Assembly (NCBI GenBank): GCA_013140995.1
Contig: JABFRX010000097.1
Span: 8,194 to 72,193, forward strand
DNA: 64,000 nt
Direction of reading: 5' to 3'
DNA from: Alphaproteobacteria bacterium
GTDB taxonomy: Bacteria; Pseudomonadota; Alphaproteobacteria; Micropepsales; Micropepsaceae
The notes under the pieces: generated by a model
Told to the model about the DNA's origin: nothing
What the model saw: only the letters and a program-made list of their open reading frames with translations
Databases searched by the model: none
Shown here: in pieces, positions 1 through 8,542 of the stretch
How the letters are laid out: each line of letters opens with the position of its first letter
Numbering within the stretch: position 1 is the first letter of the stretch
Translations under genes and position numbers: made by a program

Positions 1-465
1 CGGCGCGAAGCCGACATCGAGCGGCAGATCGCAAAGTTGGAAGCGATGTCGCTCGTGCGGCTTAGGGAGACATGGCTTAAGCGCTTCGGCGCTCAAGCTC
101 CGAGGCTCAAGGGACGCGATCTGCTCACCCGCGTGCTTGCGTTTCGTCTTCAGGCGGCCGCCTTCGGAGATCATTCGCCCGCCATGAAACGCAAGCTCAC
201 GCATCTCGCGACCCTTCTCGCAAAGGATCCGAAGGCCTCTCTCTTCCCCACCCCCTCCTTGAAACCCGGCATCGTACTCACACGCGAATGGAAGGGGGTT
301 GTCCACAAAGTGCTCGTCCAGCATGAGGAATTCCTCTATGCCGAGAAGAGTTACGGCAGCCTCTCGGACGTCGCGCGGGCGATCACGGGCACCCAGTGGT
401 CGGGGCCACGCTTCTTCGGCATTGAGCAACGCGTACGCCAGCAGTTGCGTGATCGGCCCGTCTAA
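1..465 (+). CDS. DUF2924 domain protein (recombinase-associated); 5' end probably outside the window
   Basis: The frame is open from nt 1. The motifs LRETWLKRFG...RLKGRDLL..LAFRLQ and LTREWKGVVHKV...YGSLSDVARAITGTQWSGPRFFG match the DUF2924 family, which usually sits just upstream of large serine recombinases. The stop lies 3 nt before the next gene. Confidence 0.8.
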   Translation, partial: RREADIERQIAKLEAMSLVRLRETWLKRFGAQAPRLKGRDLLTRVLAFRLQAAAFGDHSPAMKRKLTHLATLLAKDPKASLFPTPSLKPGIVLTREWKGVVHKVLVQHEEFLYAEKSYGSLSDVARAITGTQWSGPRFFGIEQRVRQQLRDRPV

Positions 466-468
466 CTC

Positions 469-2133
469 ATGAGCCCGCCCAAGCGATCGCTGCGCTGTGC
501 GATCTACACCCGCAAATCAACGGAAGAAGGCCTCGACCAGGCCTTCAACTCGCTTCATGCGCAGCGCGAGGCCTGCGAGGCCTATGTGAAGAGCCAGGCC
601 GGTGAGGGCTGGGCCCTCGTCCGCACGATCTATGACGACGGCGGATATTCCGGGGGGTCGATGGAACGCCCTGCCCTACAGAGCCTTCTGACCGAGATCG
701 ATGGCGGTCACGTCGATGTGGTCGTCGTCTATAAGGTCGATAGGCTCACCCGCTCGCTCACCGACTTTGCCAAGATCGTCGAGCGCTTCGACAAGCGCGG
801 GGTCTCGTTCGTCTCGGTGACCCAGTCGTTCAATACCACGACCTCGATGGGCCGGCTGACGCTCAACGTGCTGCTCTCCTTCGCGCAGTTCGAGCGTGAG
901 GTTGCGGGCGAGCGCATCCGCGACAAGCTTTCGGCCTCGCGGAAGAAGGGCATGTGGATGGGTGGCTCGGTCCCCATGGGTTATGACGTTGTGCAGCGCA
1001 AGCTTGTGCCCAACCCGACCGAAGCCGAAAAGGTCCGGCAGATTTTCCGGCGTTACGTCGAATTGGGGTCAACACGGGAACTCCGTCTAGCACTCAAGGC
1101 CGACGGCATCGTCTCGCAACGCCGGACGGCCGAGAGCGGGCGAACCACCGGCGGCAACCCGTTCAGCCGTGGGGCCCTCAACCATATGATCCGCAACCGC
1201 GTCTATGTCGGCGAGGTTTTCTACAAGGGCGGCATCTATCCCGGGCAGCACGAGGCCATCGTCGATCGTCCGCTCTTCGACGAAGCGCAGGCCGTCGTGG
1301 ACGAAAAGCGACGGGTCAAACTGCACAGGCCGAGCACAACCCAGAAATTCCCGCTCACGTCCCTTATCTTCGATGATCGCGGCCATCCGATGGCCCCAAG
1401 CCAAAGTCAGAAGGGCGGCAACCGGCGCTATAGATATTACGTCAGCCGCGCGCTGATCGACAAAGATCGCGGCGAAGCGGGATCGATCCCACGCGTGCCG
1501 GCGCGGGCCATCGAAGACATCGTCATCGGGGCGATGCATCGGATATTCGAACTGCAAACCTCGAATGAGACCGGAAGCGACGCTATCGATCTCGTTGCTC
1601 GGACGCGAACGACCGTTCGACGAATCGAAGTCGGTGCCAGCGCGATTGTTCTTCGCCTCGATCCCGAAGTACTCGATGATCACAAACACGCAACACATCA
1701 CGATGCCATCGATGCATTGCGCTCGCGTCTGGCAACAGCATGCGTGCTGGATTGGGTGCGAGACGATCTCGTGCTTTCGATTCCGATCCGTGCTAAGTTC
1801 CGTGGCGGACAGCATCACATCATCGCTCCCGGCTTCGGCGAGATGAAATCCTTTCCAAAGCCGGATGCCACAATGGTGAGGGCGATCGTTCGGGCCCACG
1901 CCTGGTTGAAGCTACTGCTCGACGGCACCGTAGCGTCGATGGAGGACCTTGCACTGCACGTTCGACATGAACGCGTCTACGTCCGTCGTATCCTGAGACT
2001 TGCGTTCCTCAGCCCCACCATCACCTCCGACATCATCGAGGGGCGGCAGCCCGAATACCTTTCGCTGACCGACTTCATCGAAAGGGACCTGCCGAAATCA
2101 TGGCGCGATCAGCTTGATATGGTCCTGAGCTGA
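469..2133 (+). mobile_element. Large serine recombinase (resolvase/invertase N-terminal catalytic domain plus recombinase domain)
   Basis: N-terminal RCAIYTRKSTEEGLDQ...SLHAQREACEAYV (catalytic Ser context), then VVVYKVDRLTRSL and SMGRLTLNVLLSFAQFEREVAGERIRDK. At 554 aa it is tightly coupled to the DUF2924 gene and faces the 3' end of tRNA-His. Confidence 0.9.
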
Positions 2134-2254
2134 CGCCATCGGCTCGCGCGATACAGTGCCGAAATTTCCGTGCGCCGGAGACAACTCGGCCGAAACAGCC
2201 CCTTCCCGCCATTGCGAAACCCGCAGAGCAAGCTCGCCGAAATCGCGGCCCCCA

Positions 2255-2278
2255 GAATGGCGCGGAAGCGCGCCATTT
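2255..2278. other. Perfect 9-10 bp hairpin with a GAAG tetraloop between the recombinase gene and tRNA-His
   Basis: AATGGCGCG-GAAG-CGCGCCATT read directly. No U-tract follows on either strand, so the function is unknown (att-proximal structure or processing signal). Confidence 0.4.
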
Positions 2279-2318
2279 CGTGCGCGTGCTCAGTGCCTGC
2301 GGAGAAGGGGAAGGTGAA

Positions 2319-2395
2319 TGGTACAGTTGGGTGGGCTCGAACCACCGACCTCCGGATCCACAATCCGGCGCTCTAACCAACTGAGCTACAACTGC
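2319..2395 (-). tRNA. tRNA-His (anticodon GUG), atypical alphaproteobacterial type
   Basis: Reverse complement folds as a cloverleaf: GCAGTTG/TA/GCTCAGTTGGTTAGAGC/.../CCGGA-TTGTGGA-TCCGG/.../GGTGG-TTCGAGC-CCACC/CAACTGT-A-CCA. The anticodon loop is TT-GTG-GA. The acceptor has G1-U72 and discriminator A73. The nucleotide at -1 is U, not G. CCA is encoded. Confidence 0.9.
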
Positions 2396-2653
2396 ACGGA
2401 CGGCGAAAATGGATGCCGTTCAACGCTCGTTTCAGGCGGGAGCGGAACCTAGTGTGAGGGCCTTTCGATTGCAAGTTTCGCCGGAAAGGGCCCGCTTCAC
2501 CAATGCCCGCGCCGCCTGACCGTTGCATCCGCGCACGCTTGATCGGGCGCGGTATCCGGCATCGTCCCGTTTAACCCGGCCTTAAGCACGCCCACTCAAA
2601 GTGAAGAGGACGTTAATCGGACGCGTTCGTCCGTCACGAGGGAAATCTCAGTT

Positions 2654-3328
2654 ATGCGCTTTACTCTTGCACCGGCAGCGCTTGCGTTGTGCGCCACCAT
2701 CGGCACAGCCGCCGCGGCGGGCAGCACGTACGGCACCGCCTACATCGGCTTGCGCGGGTCTTACGTCTTCACCGACGACGGCTCCACCACCGGAACTTCC
2801 GGCTTCAACTATATTCAATCCTACGACGACGGCTATGCGACGGCCGCGTATTTGGGCTGGACGTTGACGCACGGCATCCGCTTCGAGGCCGAGGGCGGGT
2901 TTCGCAGCGCGGACATCGACAGCGTGCTCATCGTCTCGGGCGACGCCGGTCTCAACTACCTCCCCGGCGATGTCGTGGACGTCGGCGCGGATGTGCAGGC
3001 GGCAACCGTGATGGGCAACTTCTACTACGACTTCGACATCTTCGAGGGCCAGTTTGTGCCTTGGGTTGGCGTGGGTGCCGGCGCCGCGCACGTGGAATAC
3101 GAAGTCACCGATCCGCTGGGTGTTTTCGGCGGCAACGACGATGCTTGGATTTTCGCCTATCAGCTGATGGCCGGCATCACCTTCCCGGTCAGCGACGGCA
3201 TTTCGATCACGGCGAGCTATCACTACTTCTCGACCGAAGACTTCGACCGCACCGGCGCGACCGGCGAAGTGTTCAAGACCGACTTAACGCAGCAGAGCAT
3301 CGATTTGGGCGTGCAGATCCACCTTTAA
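2654..3328 (+). CDS. Outer-membrane beta-barrel protein (Omp25/OmpA-like barrel family)
   Basis: Signal peptide MRFTLAPAALALCATIGTAAAAG, alternating Gly/aromatic beta-strand pattern, 224 aa, GAGGGA Shine-Dalgarno upstream, terminator downstream. Confidence 0.6.
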   Translation: MRFTLAPAALALCATIGTAAAAGSTYGTAYIGLRGSYVFTDDGSTTGTSGFNYIQSYDDGYATAAYLGWTLTHGIRFEAEGGFRSADIDSVLIVSGDAGLNYLPGDVVDVGADVQAATVMGNFYYDFDIFEGQFVPWVGVGAGAAHVEYEVTDPLGVFGGNDDAWIFAYQLMAGITFPVSDGISITASYHYFSTEDFDRTGATGEVFKTDLTQQSIDLGVQIHL

Positions 3329-3362
3329 CTGTTCTAACCCCGGGTAGGGGCATCCAGCCCAA

Positions 3363-3400
3363 GGGCCGCCGGACCACACGCCGGCGGCCTTTGCGTTTTT
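3363..3400 (+). terminator. Rho-independent terminator
   Basis: GGCCGCCGG - 8 nt loop - CCGGCGGCC followed by TTTGCGTTTTT. Confidence 0.8.
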
Positions 3401-3428
3401 AGGGGTTAGCCGCTATCTCAGCGCCCCC

Positions 3429-4091
3429 ATGACTGCGTACGACCTCAGCAAAACATCCGGACGTCTGGCCGCGCGCGCCGATATGACGTTTCGCGACCAT
3501 GCGTTCTTGCGCCTGTGGTGGCAGAATGCGCATTGGATCTCGGACGAGATGATCCGCGCAAACCAGCCGTGGCCGTTTCAGATCCGCGCGCGGGCGCGGG
3601 CAGGGGTCAAAACGATCGTCAATCTGCGTGGCGGGATCGGCACCAGCTTTCACCAGCTGGAGCGCGATACGTGCGAGCGGACGGGGATTGTGCTTGAGAA
3701 CTGGACCGTCACTTCGCGCGGGGCGCCGACGTTGGAGCAAGTGCGCGGCGCAAAGGCGTTGTTCGAGCGGATCGCCTACCCTGCCCTTATGCATTGCAAG
3801 TCGGGCGCCGACCGGGCTGGCCTGATGAGCGTGCTCTATCTTCACTTCCGCAAGGGCGAACCGATCGACAAGGCGATGCGGATGCTGAGCCTGCGCTACG
3901 GCCACGTGCGCCAAGGTATGACGGGGATCATCGACCACTTTTTTGAGCAGTATCTGACGCTGGGCGCGCCGAAGGGGCTTTCGCTTCTCGAGTGGATGGA
4001 GCGCGACTACGACCCGGTGAAACTGAAAGCCGAGTTCCGCGCCGGGTGGTGGGGGAACGTTTTGGTCGATAAGATTTTGAGGCGTGAGTGA
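3429..4091 (+). CDS. Cys-based protein tyrosine / dual-specificity phosphatase family protein
   Basis: CX5R active-site signature HCKSGADRAG; 220 aa; stop overlaps the next gene's start. Confidence 0.6.
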   Translation: MTAYDLSKTSGRLAARADMTFRDHAFLRLWWQNAHWISDEMIRANQPWPFQIRARARAGVKTIVNLRGGIGTSFHQLERDTCERTGIVLENWTVTSRGAPTLEQVRGAKALFERIAYPALMHCKSGADRAGLMSVLYLHFRKGEPIDKAMRMLSLRYGHVRQGMTGIIDHFFEQYLTLGAPKGLSLLEWMERDYDPVKLKAEFRAGWWGNVLVDKILRRE

Positions 4092-4990
4092 TGCGGCCTG
4101 AGGTTCGCACCGTGTTCGTAAAGGCGAACGGGTTGACGTTCGAGGTCGATCAGTGCGGATCGGGGGACAAGTTCGCGCTGCTGCTGCACGGGTTTCCCGA
4201 GTCGAAGTTTTCCTGGCGCCATCAGATGCCATTGCTGGCAGAGCTCGGTTACACGGTTTGGGCGCCGAACATGCGCGGTTACGGCAGGTCGTCGAAGCCG
4301 CCGGCCGTCGCCGACTATCACATCGACAATCTGGTCTCGGATGCCGCGGCGTTGATCGACGCGGCGGGCGCGAAGAACACGCTGTTAATGGCGCACGATT
4401 GGGGTGCCGTGATTGCCTGGAATTTTTCGATCCGCAACGTGCGGCCTTTGGAGCGGCTCGTGATTATGAACGTGCCGCACCCGGCCTGCATGGTGCGAGA
4501 GTTCCGGACGTGGGCGCAGCGGCGCAAGTCTTGGTACGTGTTCTTCTTTCAGTTGCCGTGGTTGCCGGAGCGTTTGATGGCGGCCAAACAGGCGCAGGCG
4601 ATCGGACGTGCGTTCAGCGACATGGCGGTCGATAAGAGCCGCTTTCCTGTTGCGGTCACCGACGAATACCGGCGAAACGCTCTGGAGCCTGGCGCGTTGA
4701 CCGCGATGATCAACTATTACCGCGCAGCGGTGCGCGCCGGGCAGAGGGCAATGAACCCGGAGCCCGGCACGGTCGACGTGCCCACGTTGATGATTTGGGG
4801 CGAAGAGGATACCGCGCTCGGCAAAGCGACGACGTACGGAACCGATCGGTACGTGAAGGATTTGACGCTGCGCTATCTGCCCGGCGTGTCGCATTGGGTG
4901 CAGCAGGAAGCGCCCGAAACGGTCAACGCGATGATCGAGGCGTGGCTAAAGGGCACGCCGGTGCCGATCGAGGGCGAGGTGTTGCGTTAG
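4088..4990 (+). CDS. Alpha/beta hydrolase (epoxide hydrolase / haloalkane dehalogenase-like)
   Basis: LLLHGFPESKFSWRHQ, the nucleophile motif AHDWGAVIAW, and a C-terminal GVSHWVQQEAPE. The start may be GTG 4088 or ATG 4091. Confidence 0.8.
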   Translation: MMRPEVRTVFVKANGLTFEVDQCGSGDKFALLLHGFPESKFSWRHQMPLLAELGYTVWAPNMRGYGRSSKPPAVADYHIDNLVSDAAALIDAAGAKNTLLMAHDWGAVIAWNFSIRNVRPLERLVIMNVPHPACMVREFRTWAQRRKSWYVFFFQLPWLPERLMAAKQAQAIGRAFSDMAVDKSRFPVAVTDEYRRNALEPGALTAMINYYRAAVRAGQRAMNPEPGTVDVPTLMIWGEEDTALGKATTYGTDRYVKDLTLRYLPGVSHWVQQEAPETVNAMIEAWLKGTPVPIEGEVLR

Positions 4991-5682
4991 GTTTTCGGTG
5001 CCGCAAGACCGGCCGCGAGAAATGCCGATAGCTCGCGTTTGATCGTTTCGTTCGGCGTCGCATCGGCGGCGATGGCGGCCGGCATCCATTTCGGGAACTT
5101 TCCCGCCTTGAGCATCGTGATCATCATCAGCGATTGTTGAACCGCCGAACGCATAAAGGCGAGGCGCCATTTGCGCATTGGGTCGTCGGCCAAATGCGGC
5201 ACGGCGCGCAATAATGCCGCTTCGAAGCGGTCGAAGATGCGAACTTGGCTTTCAGGCGGCTCTAGCTGTTCGAAACCCGGTTCCCACGCTAGCCGCGAGA
5301 CGAAACGTATGAAGTGCTGCCATCCGCTGGTTTCCGACAACGCGAGATCGACAATAGGATCGATCATCGCCTCGACAAGTTCAATGACGGCGGGTTCGCG
5401 ATTCTCGTGCTTGGCCTTTGCTTCAATACGATCGAGGGCGATCGTGCGCTCGTGCTCAAGGTTGGCGGCGCGGCGCTCCAACACCTTGCGGACGAGGTTC
5501 TCTTTCGAGTCGAAATGATAGTTGACAGCCGCGACGTTGACTTTGGCCTTCTCGGTGATCGTGCGGACCGACGTGCCGGCGATACCTTGTTCGGCGAACA
5601 GTTCTTCGGCCGCGTCCAGGATACGATCTATCGTGGCACTCGACTGGGGCGGCTCGCGGAGCGACGGCTCTACCTTGACCAT
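4987..5682 (-). CDS. TetR/AcrR family transcriptional regulator
   Basis: HTH region ILDAAEELFAEQGIAGTSVRTITEKAKVNVAAVNYHFDSKENL. ATG 5682 is preferred over the ORF-track start at 5742. Convergent 4-nt overlap with the hydrolase. Confidence 0.8.
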   Translation of the reverse strand: MVKVEPSLREPPQSSATIDRILDAAEELFAEQGIAGTSVRTITEKAKVNVAAVNYHFDSKENLVRKVLERRAANLEHERTIALDRIEAKAKHENREPAVIELVEAMIDPIVDLALSETSGWQHFIRFVSRLAWEPGFEQLEPPESQVRIFDRFEAALLRAVPHLADDPMRKWRLAFMRSAVQQSLMMITMLKAGKFPKWMPAAIAADATPNETIKRELSAFLAAGLAAPKT

Positions 5683-5793
5683 ACGGGTGACAGCATAACC
5701 CGCGCATAGCGTGCGACAAGCGATATCTCTATTGCAGCGCACACCTCACTGAGGTTGATTGCGGGCAACGCGTTAACACCTTGGAGGAAAGCA

Positions 5794-6648
5794 ATGCCTG
5801 TAACCCATGACGGCTTGATGGCGCTGAAGTCGGAAGGCGACGTCTTTACCTATAGTGACAGGGATACGATGCTCTACGCGCTCGGCGTCGGCATGGGGCG
5901 CGATCCGATGAACGAAGCGGAACTGCCGTTCGTGTACGAGAACGGTTTGAAGACCGTGCCAACTTTGGCAACCGTCATCGCGTGGGGACAGCGGACGATC
6001 GGACAAGCGGGTATCAACTATCTGATGGTCGTGCACGGCGAGCAGCGTTTGACTGTTCATAAGCCGCTTCCGGCTTCGGCGACAATCATCGCGGATGAAC
6101 GGGTCGTCGCCGCGGTCGACAAGGGTGCAGGCAAGGGCGCGCTGATTTACACCGAGAAGGTCATCCGTCTGAAGGATACGAACGAGAAGCTCTGTACGGT
6201 GGGCGGCACGATCTTCGCGCGCGGCGACGGCGGCTTCGGCGGGCCTTCGACCGGTGGGCCGGAACCGCACGCTATCCCCGAGCGGAAGGCGGACGCGGTT
6301 TGCGAGAACGATACGCGGGTCGATCAAGCACTGCTCTACCGGCTGTCGGGGGATCGCAATCCGCTGCATTCGGACCCGAAGATCGCGAAGATGGCGGGGT
6401 TTCCGCGGCCAATCCTGCATGGGCTTTGCACCTATGGGACGGTGTGCCGGGGCGTGTTGCAGACGATCTGCCACTACGACCATACGATGATCGCGGGCTT
6501 CGATGTGCGTTTCTCTTCGCCGGTGTTTCCCGGCGAGACGATCGTGACCGAGATGTGGAAGGACGGGAACGTCGTCTCGTTCCGTTCGAAGGTGAAGGAG
6601 CGCTACGTCGTCGTGATCAACAACGGCAAATGCACACTGAAGAGCTAG
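5794..6648 (+). CDS. MaoC-like (R)-specific enoyl-CoA hydratase/dehydratase, double hot-dog
   Basis: YRLSGDRNPLHSDPKIAKMAGFPRPILHGL hydratase-2 motif. GGAGGA Shine-Dalgarno 5 nt before ATG 5794. Confidence 0.75.
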   Translation: MPVTHDGLMALKSEGDVFTYSDRDTMLYALGVGMGRDPMNEAELPFVYENGLKTVPTLATVIAWGQRTIGQAGINYLMVVHGEQRLTVHKPLPASATIIADERVVAAVDKGAGKGALIYTEKVIRLKDTNEKLCTVGGTIFARGDGGFGGPSTGGPEPHAIPERKADAVCENDTRVDQALLYRLSGDRNPLHSDPKIAKMAGFPRPILHGLCTYGTVCRGVLQTICHYDHTMIAGFDVRFSSPVFPGETIVTEMWKDGNVVSFRSKVKERYVVVINNGKCTLKS

Positions 6649-7724
6649 CCCGCGACCCGCTTGGGGTTGCGGCGGAGCTGATCGCCGCTGGCCGGGCGGA
6701 TGAGGTCGTCGCCGCCGCGCGACAGATGCTGGCCGCGCAGCGTGGCGGTGTGCTGACGCGCGTGGCCCTGGGCCGGGCGCTTGTTGCAGCGGGCGATAGC
6801 GCCGAAGCGGTCGCGTCGTTGCGCGAGGCCGATCTGCTTTCGCCCAACACGCCGGAGGTGGTGCTGGCGTTCGGTGAGGCGCTAGCGGCTGCGGGTGCGT
6901 TGCCCACCGCGATTGCCGAGTTTCAGCGTGCAGTACGTCTGTCGCCGCACGACGGTCGTCCGCATTGGCAGATCGCACAGCTTTGGCTTGCGGCGGGGGA
7001 GCCGGATAAAGCGGAGGCTACTGCGGACACGGCGTTGGCACTTCACGGTGCGAGCGACGGCGCGGTGGCGGAACTACGGGTAGCGGCGGCGCGGATACGG
7101 ACTGCAAGTCGCGCCGATGCGGGGTATGTGCGGCATCTGTTCGATCAGTTTGCAGCCGACTATGACACGCGGATGCGCGGGCGGTTGGGCTATGCGGCGC
7201 CCGGTATCCTGCGCGACCTTGTGGGTTTGCTGATCGATCCCGATGCGCGGTTCGATGTTCTCGACCTGGGATGTGGGACGGGCCTTAGTGGGCTCGCGTT
7301 TAAACCGATTGCAAAATCCCTTGTTGGCGTGGATCTGTCGCCGAAGATGCTGGCGAAGGCGCGCGAGCTGAACATCTACGACAAGCTAATCGGGGGCGAC
7401 GTCGAAACGCTGAACTTGGCGCGGACGTTCGATATCGTAGTCGCTGCCGATGTACTCGTTTATCTCGGCGATTTGACGAAGCTCTTTGCGGTGGCGCGTG
7501 CGCGCTTGACGCCGAACGGACTGTGGCTCTTCACAACGGAGAAGGGCGACGCGCAAGATTTCGGCTTGGGCAAGACGCGGCGGTACCGGCACAGCGAGGC
7601 ATATCTGCGCCGCCTTGCGGAAACGCATGGCTTCGATGCCGTGAGCCTGATCGAGTGCGTGACGCGTTATGAGGCCGGCGTCGCGGTGCCGAGTTGGGCG
7701 GCGGCGTTGCGTCTGCGACACTAG
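6630..7724 (+). CDS. TPR-repeat class I SAM-dependent methyltransferase
   Basis: N-terminal TPR-like Ala/Leu repeats, then FDQFAADYD...VLDLGCGTGLSG (motif I). Start taken at ATG 6630; the ORF-track N-terminus overlaps the MaoC gene. Confidence 0.75.
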   Translation: MHTEELARDPLGVAAELIAAGRADEVVAAARQMLAAQRGGVLTRVALGRALVAAGDSAEAVASLREADLLSPNTPEVVLAFGEALAAAGALPTAIAEFQRAVRLSPHDGRPHWQIAQLWLAAGEPDKAEATADTALALHGASDGAVAELRVAAARIRTASRADAGYVRHLFDQFAADYDTRMRGRLGYAAPGILRDLVGLLIDPDARFDVLDLGCGTGLSGLAFKPIAKSLVGVDLSPKMLAKARELNIYDKLIGGDVETLNLARTFDIVVAADVLVYLGDLTKLFAVARARLTPNGLWLFTTEKGDAQDFGLGKTRRYRHSEAYLRRLAETHGFDAVSLIECVTRYEAGVAVPSWAAALRLRH

Positions 7725-7867
7725 CGAGGCGCATTGGCTGGCGGGTTTGACGGGGTTTGGCCTAGAAACGCTGAGGTTAAGATCGAATCCGTTCGGCGTG
7801 GATTTGTGGCGCCGGTTTGGGGTATAGACCCCCTCCTCTATCGTTCCCAGGTTGTCGAGGTTTTGCC

Positions 7868-8392
7868 ATGCGGGTTTTCTTTGCTGCCGCAGTTTCCGTG
7901 TTGTTTGCCGCCGTCGTGATCGCTGCGCCAACGGCGGGCAAGCCGCCGAAGGCCGTCGATATCAAGAAGGAGCTTGGCGAAAAGTGCGGCTCAGCGCCGT
8001 ACGGCTTGGTCGATCTCAACGGCAAGACCGCGTCGAAGCTGGAATTGGAAGAGGCGAAGTTTCAGGTCACGGGCTTTATCACGCAAGCGGACGTCTATCA
8101 GGATTGCGTCTACAAACTGGCCGAGACTCATGCAGCGGTACTGACGGACAACGACAAGCGTTTGCTTGGCACCGCGTTGAAGGTGAGCCAGGACGAAAAG
8201 GAAGCCGTCGGCGCGGCGTTCAACACCGCTATTTGCGAGTACAACGCGGCGAACAAGATTCCGGACGCCGACTGCAAGGACGGCAAATGGATCCAGCAGA
8301 CGGTCGCGCAGAAGCCCGCGAAGCCTGCGGCAACGCCTGCCAAACCGGCGGCTGCGAAGCCTGCGGCGCCCGCGACGCCGAAACCGCAGTAA
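7868..8392 (+). CDS. Hypothetical secreted protein with a C-terminal PAKPAA repeat tail
   Basis: Signal peptide MRVFFAAAVSVLFAAVVIAAP, four Cys, tail AQKPAKPAATPAKPAAAKPAAPATPKPQ. No family recognised. Confidence 0.5.
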   Translation: MRVFFAAAVSVLFAAVVIAAPTAGKPPKAVDIKKELGEKCGSAPYGLVDLNGKTASKLELEEAKFQVTGFITQADVYQDCVYKLAETHAAVLTDNDKRLLGTALKVSQDEKEAVGAAFNTAICEYNAANKIPDADCKDGKWIQQTVAQKPAKPAATPAKPAAAKPAAPATPKPQ

Positions 8393-8542
8393 GCTGAACG
8401 GCAAACAAAACGCATGAGACTGCGGCGGAAAGCCGCCAGGCACCTGAGCGCTCGCCTCAGGATTGCCACATGCGCGCCCCGCATGAGGCGCATTTGGGCG
8501 TGAGCTTCATCCTTCGAGAGACCCCGAAGGAGAGTAGCGCCT

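Noticed and set aside
2255-2278. Shared 9-mer GAATGGCGC between this hairpin and the inner ends of the GxxExxY inverted repeats (10357-10373 / 10797-10815), considered as a common repeat family
   Set aside because: Only 9 nt are shared and the remainder differs. In GC-rich DNA this is within chance expectation, so no link is claimed.
5794-6648. MaoC double hot-dog protein considered as mesaconyl-CoA hydratase (Mch)
   Set aside because: It is shorter than typical Mch (about 340 aa), lies 36 kb from the EMC genes, and sits in a TetR/hydrolase context. It is better left as a generic (R)-hydratase.
5773-6978. 401-aa minus-strand ORF across the MaoC and methyltransferase genes
   Set aside because: The translation is Arg/Pro/Ala-rich and lies antisense to two genes with clear family motifs. 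This is a typical high-GC artefact.
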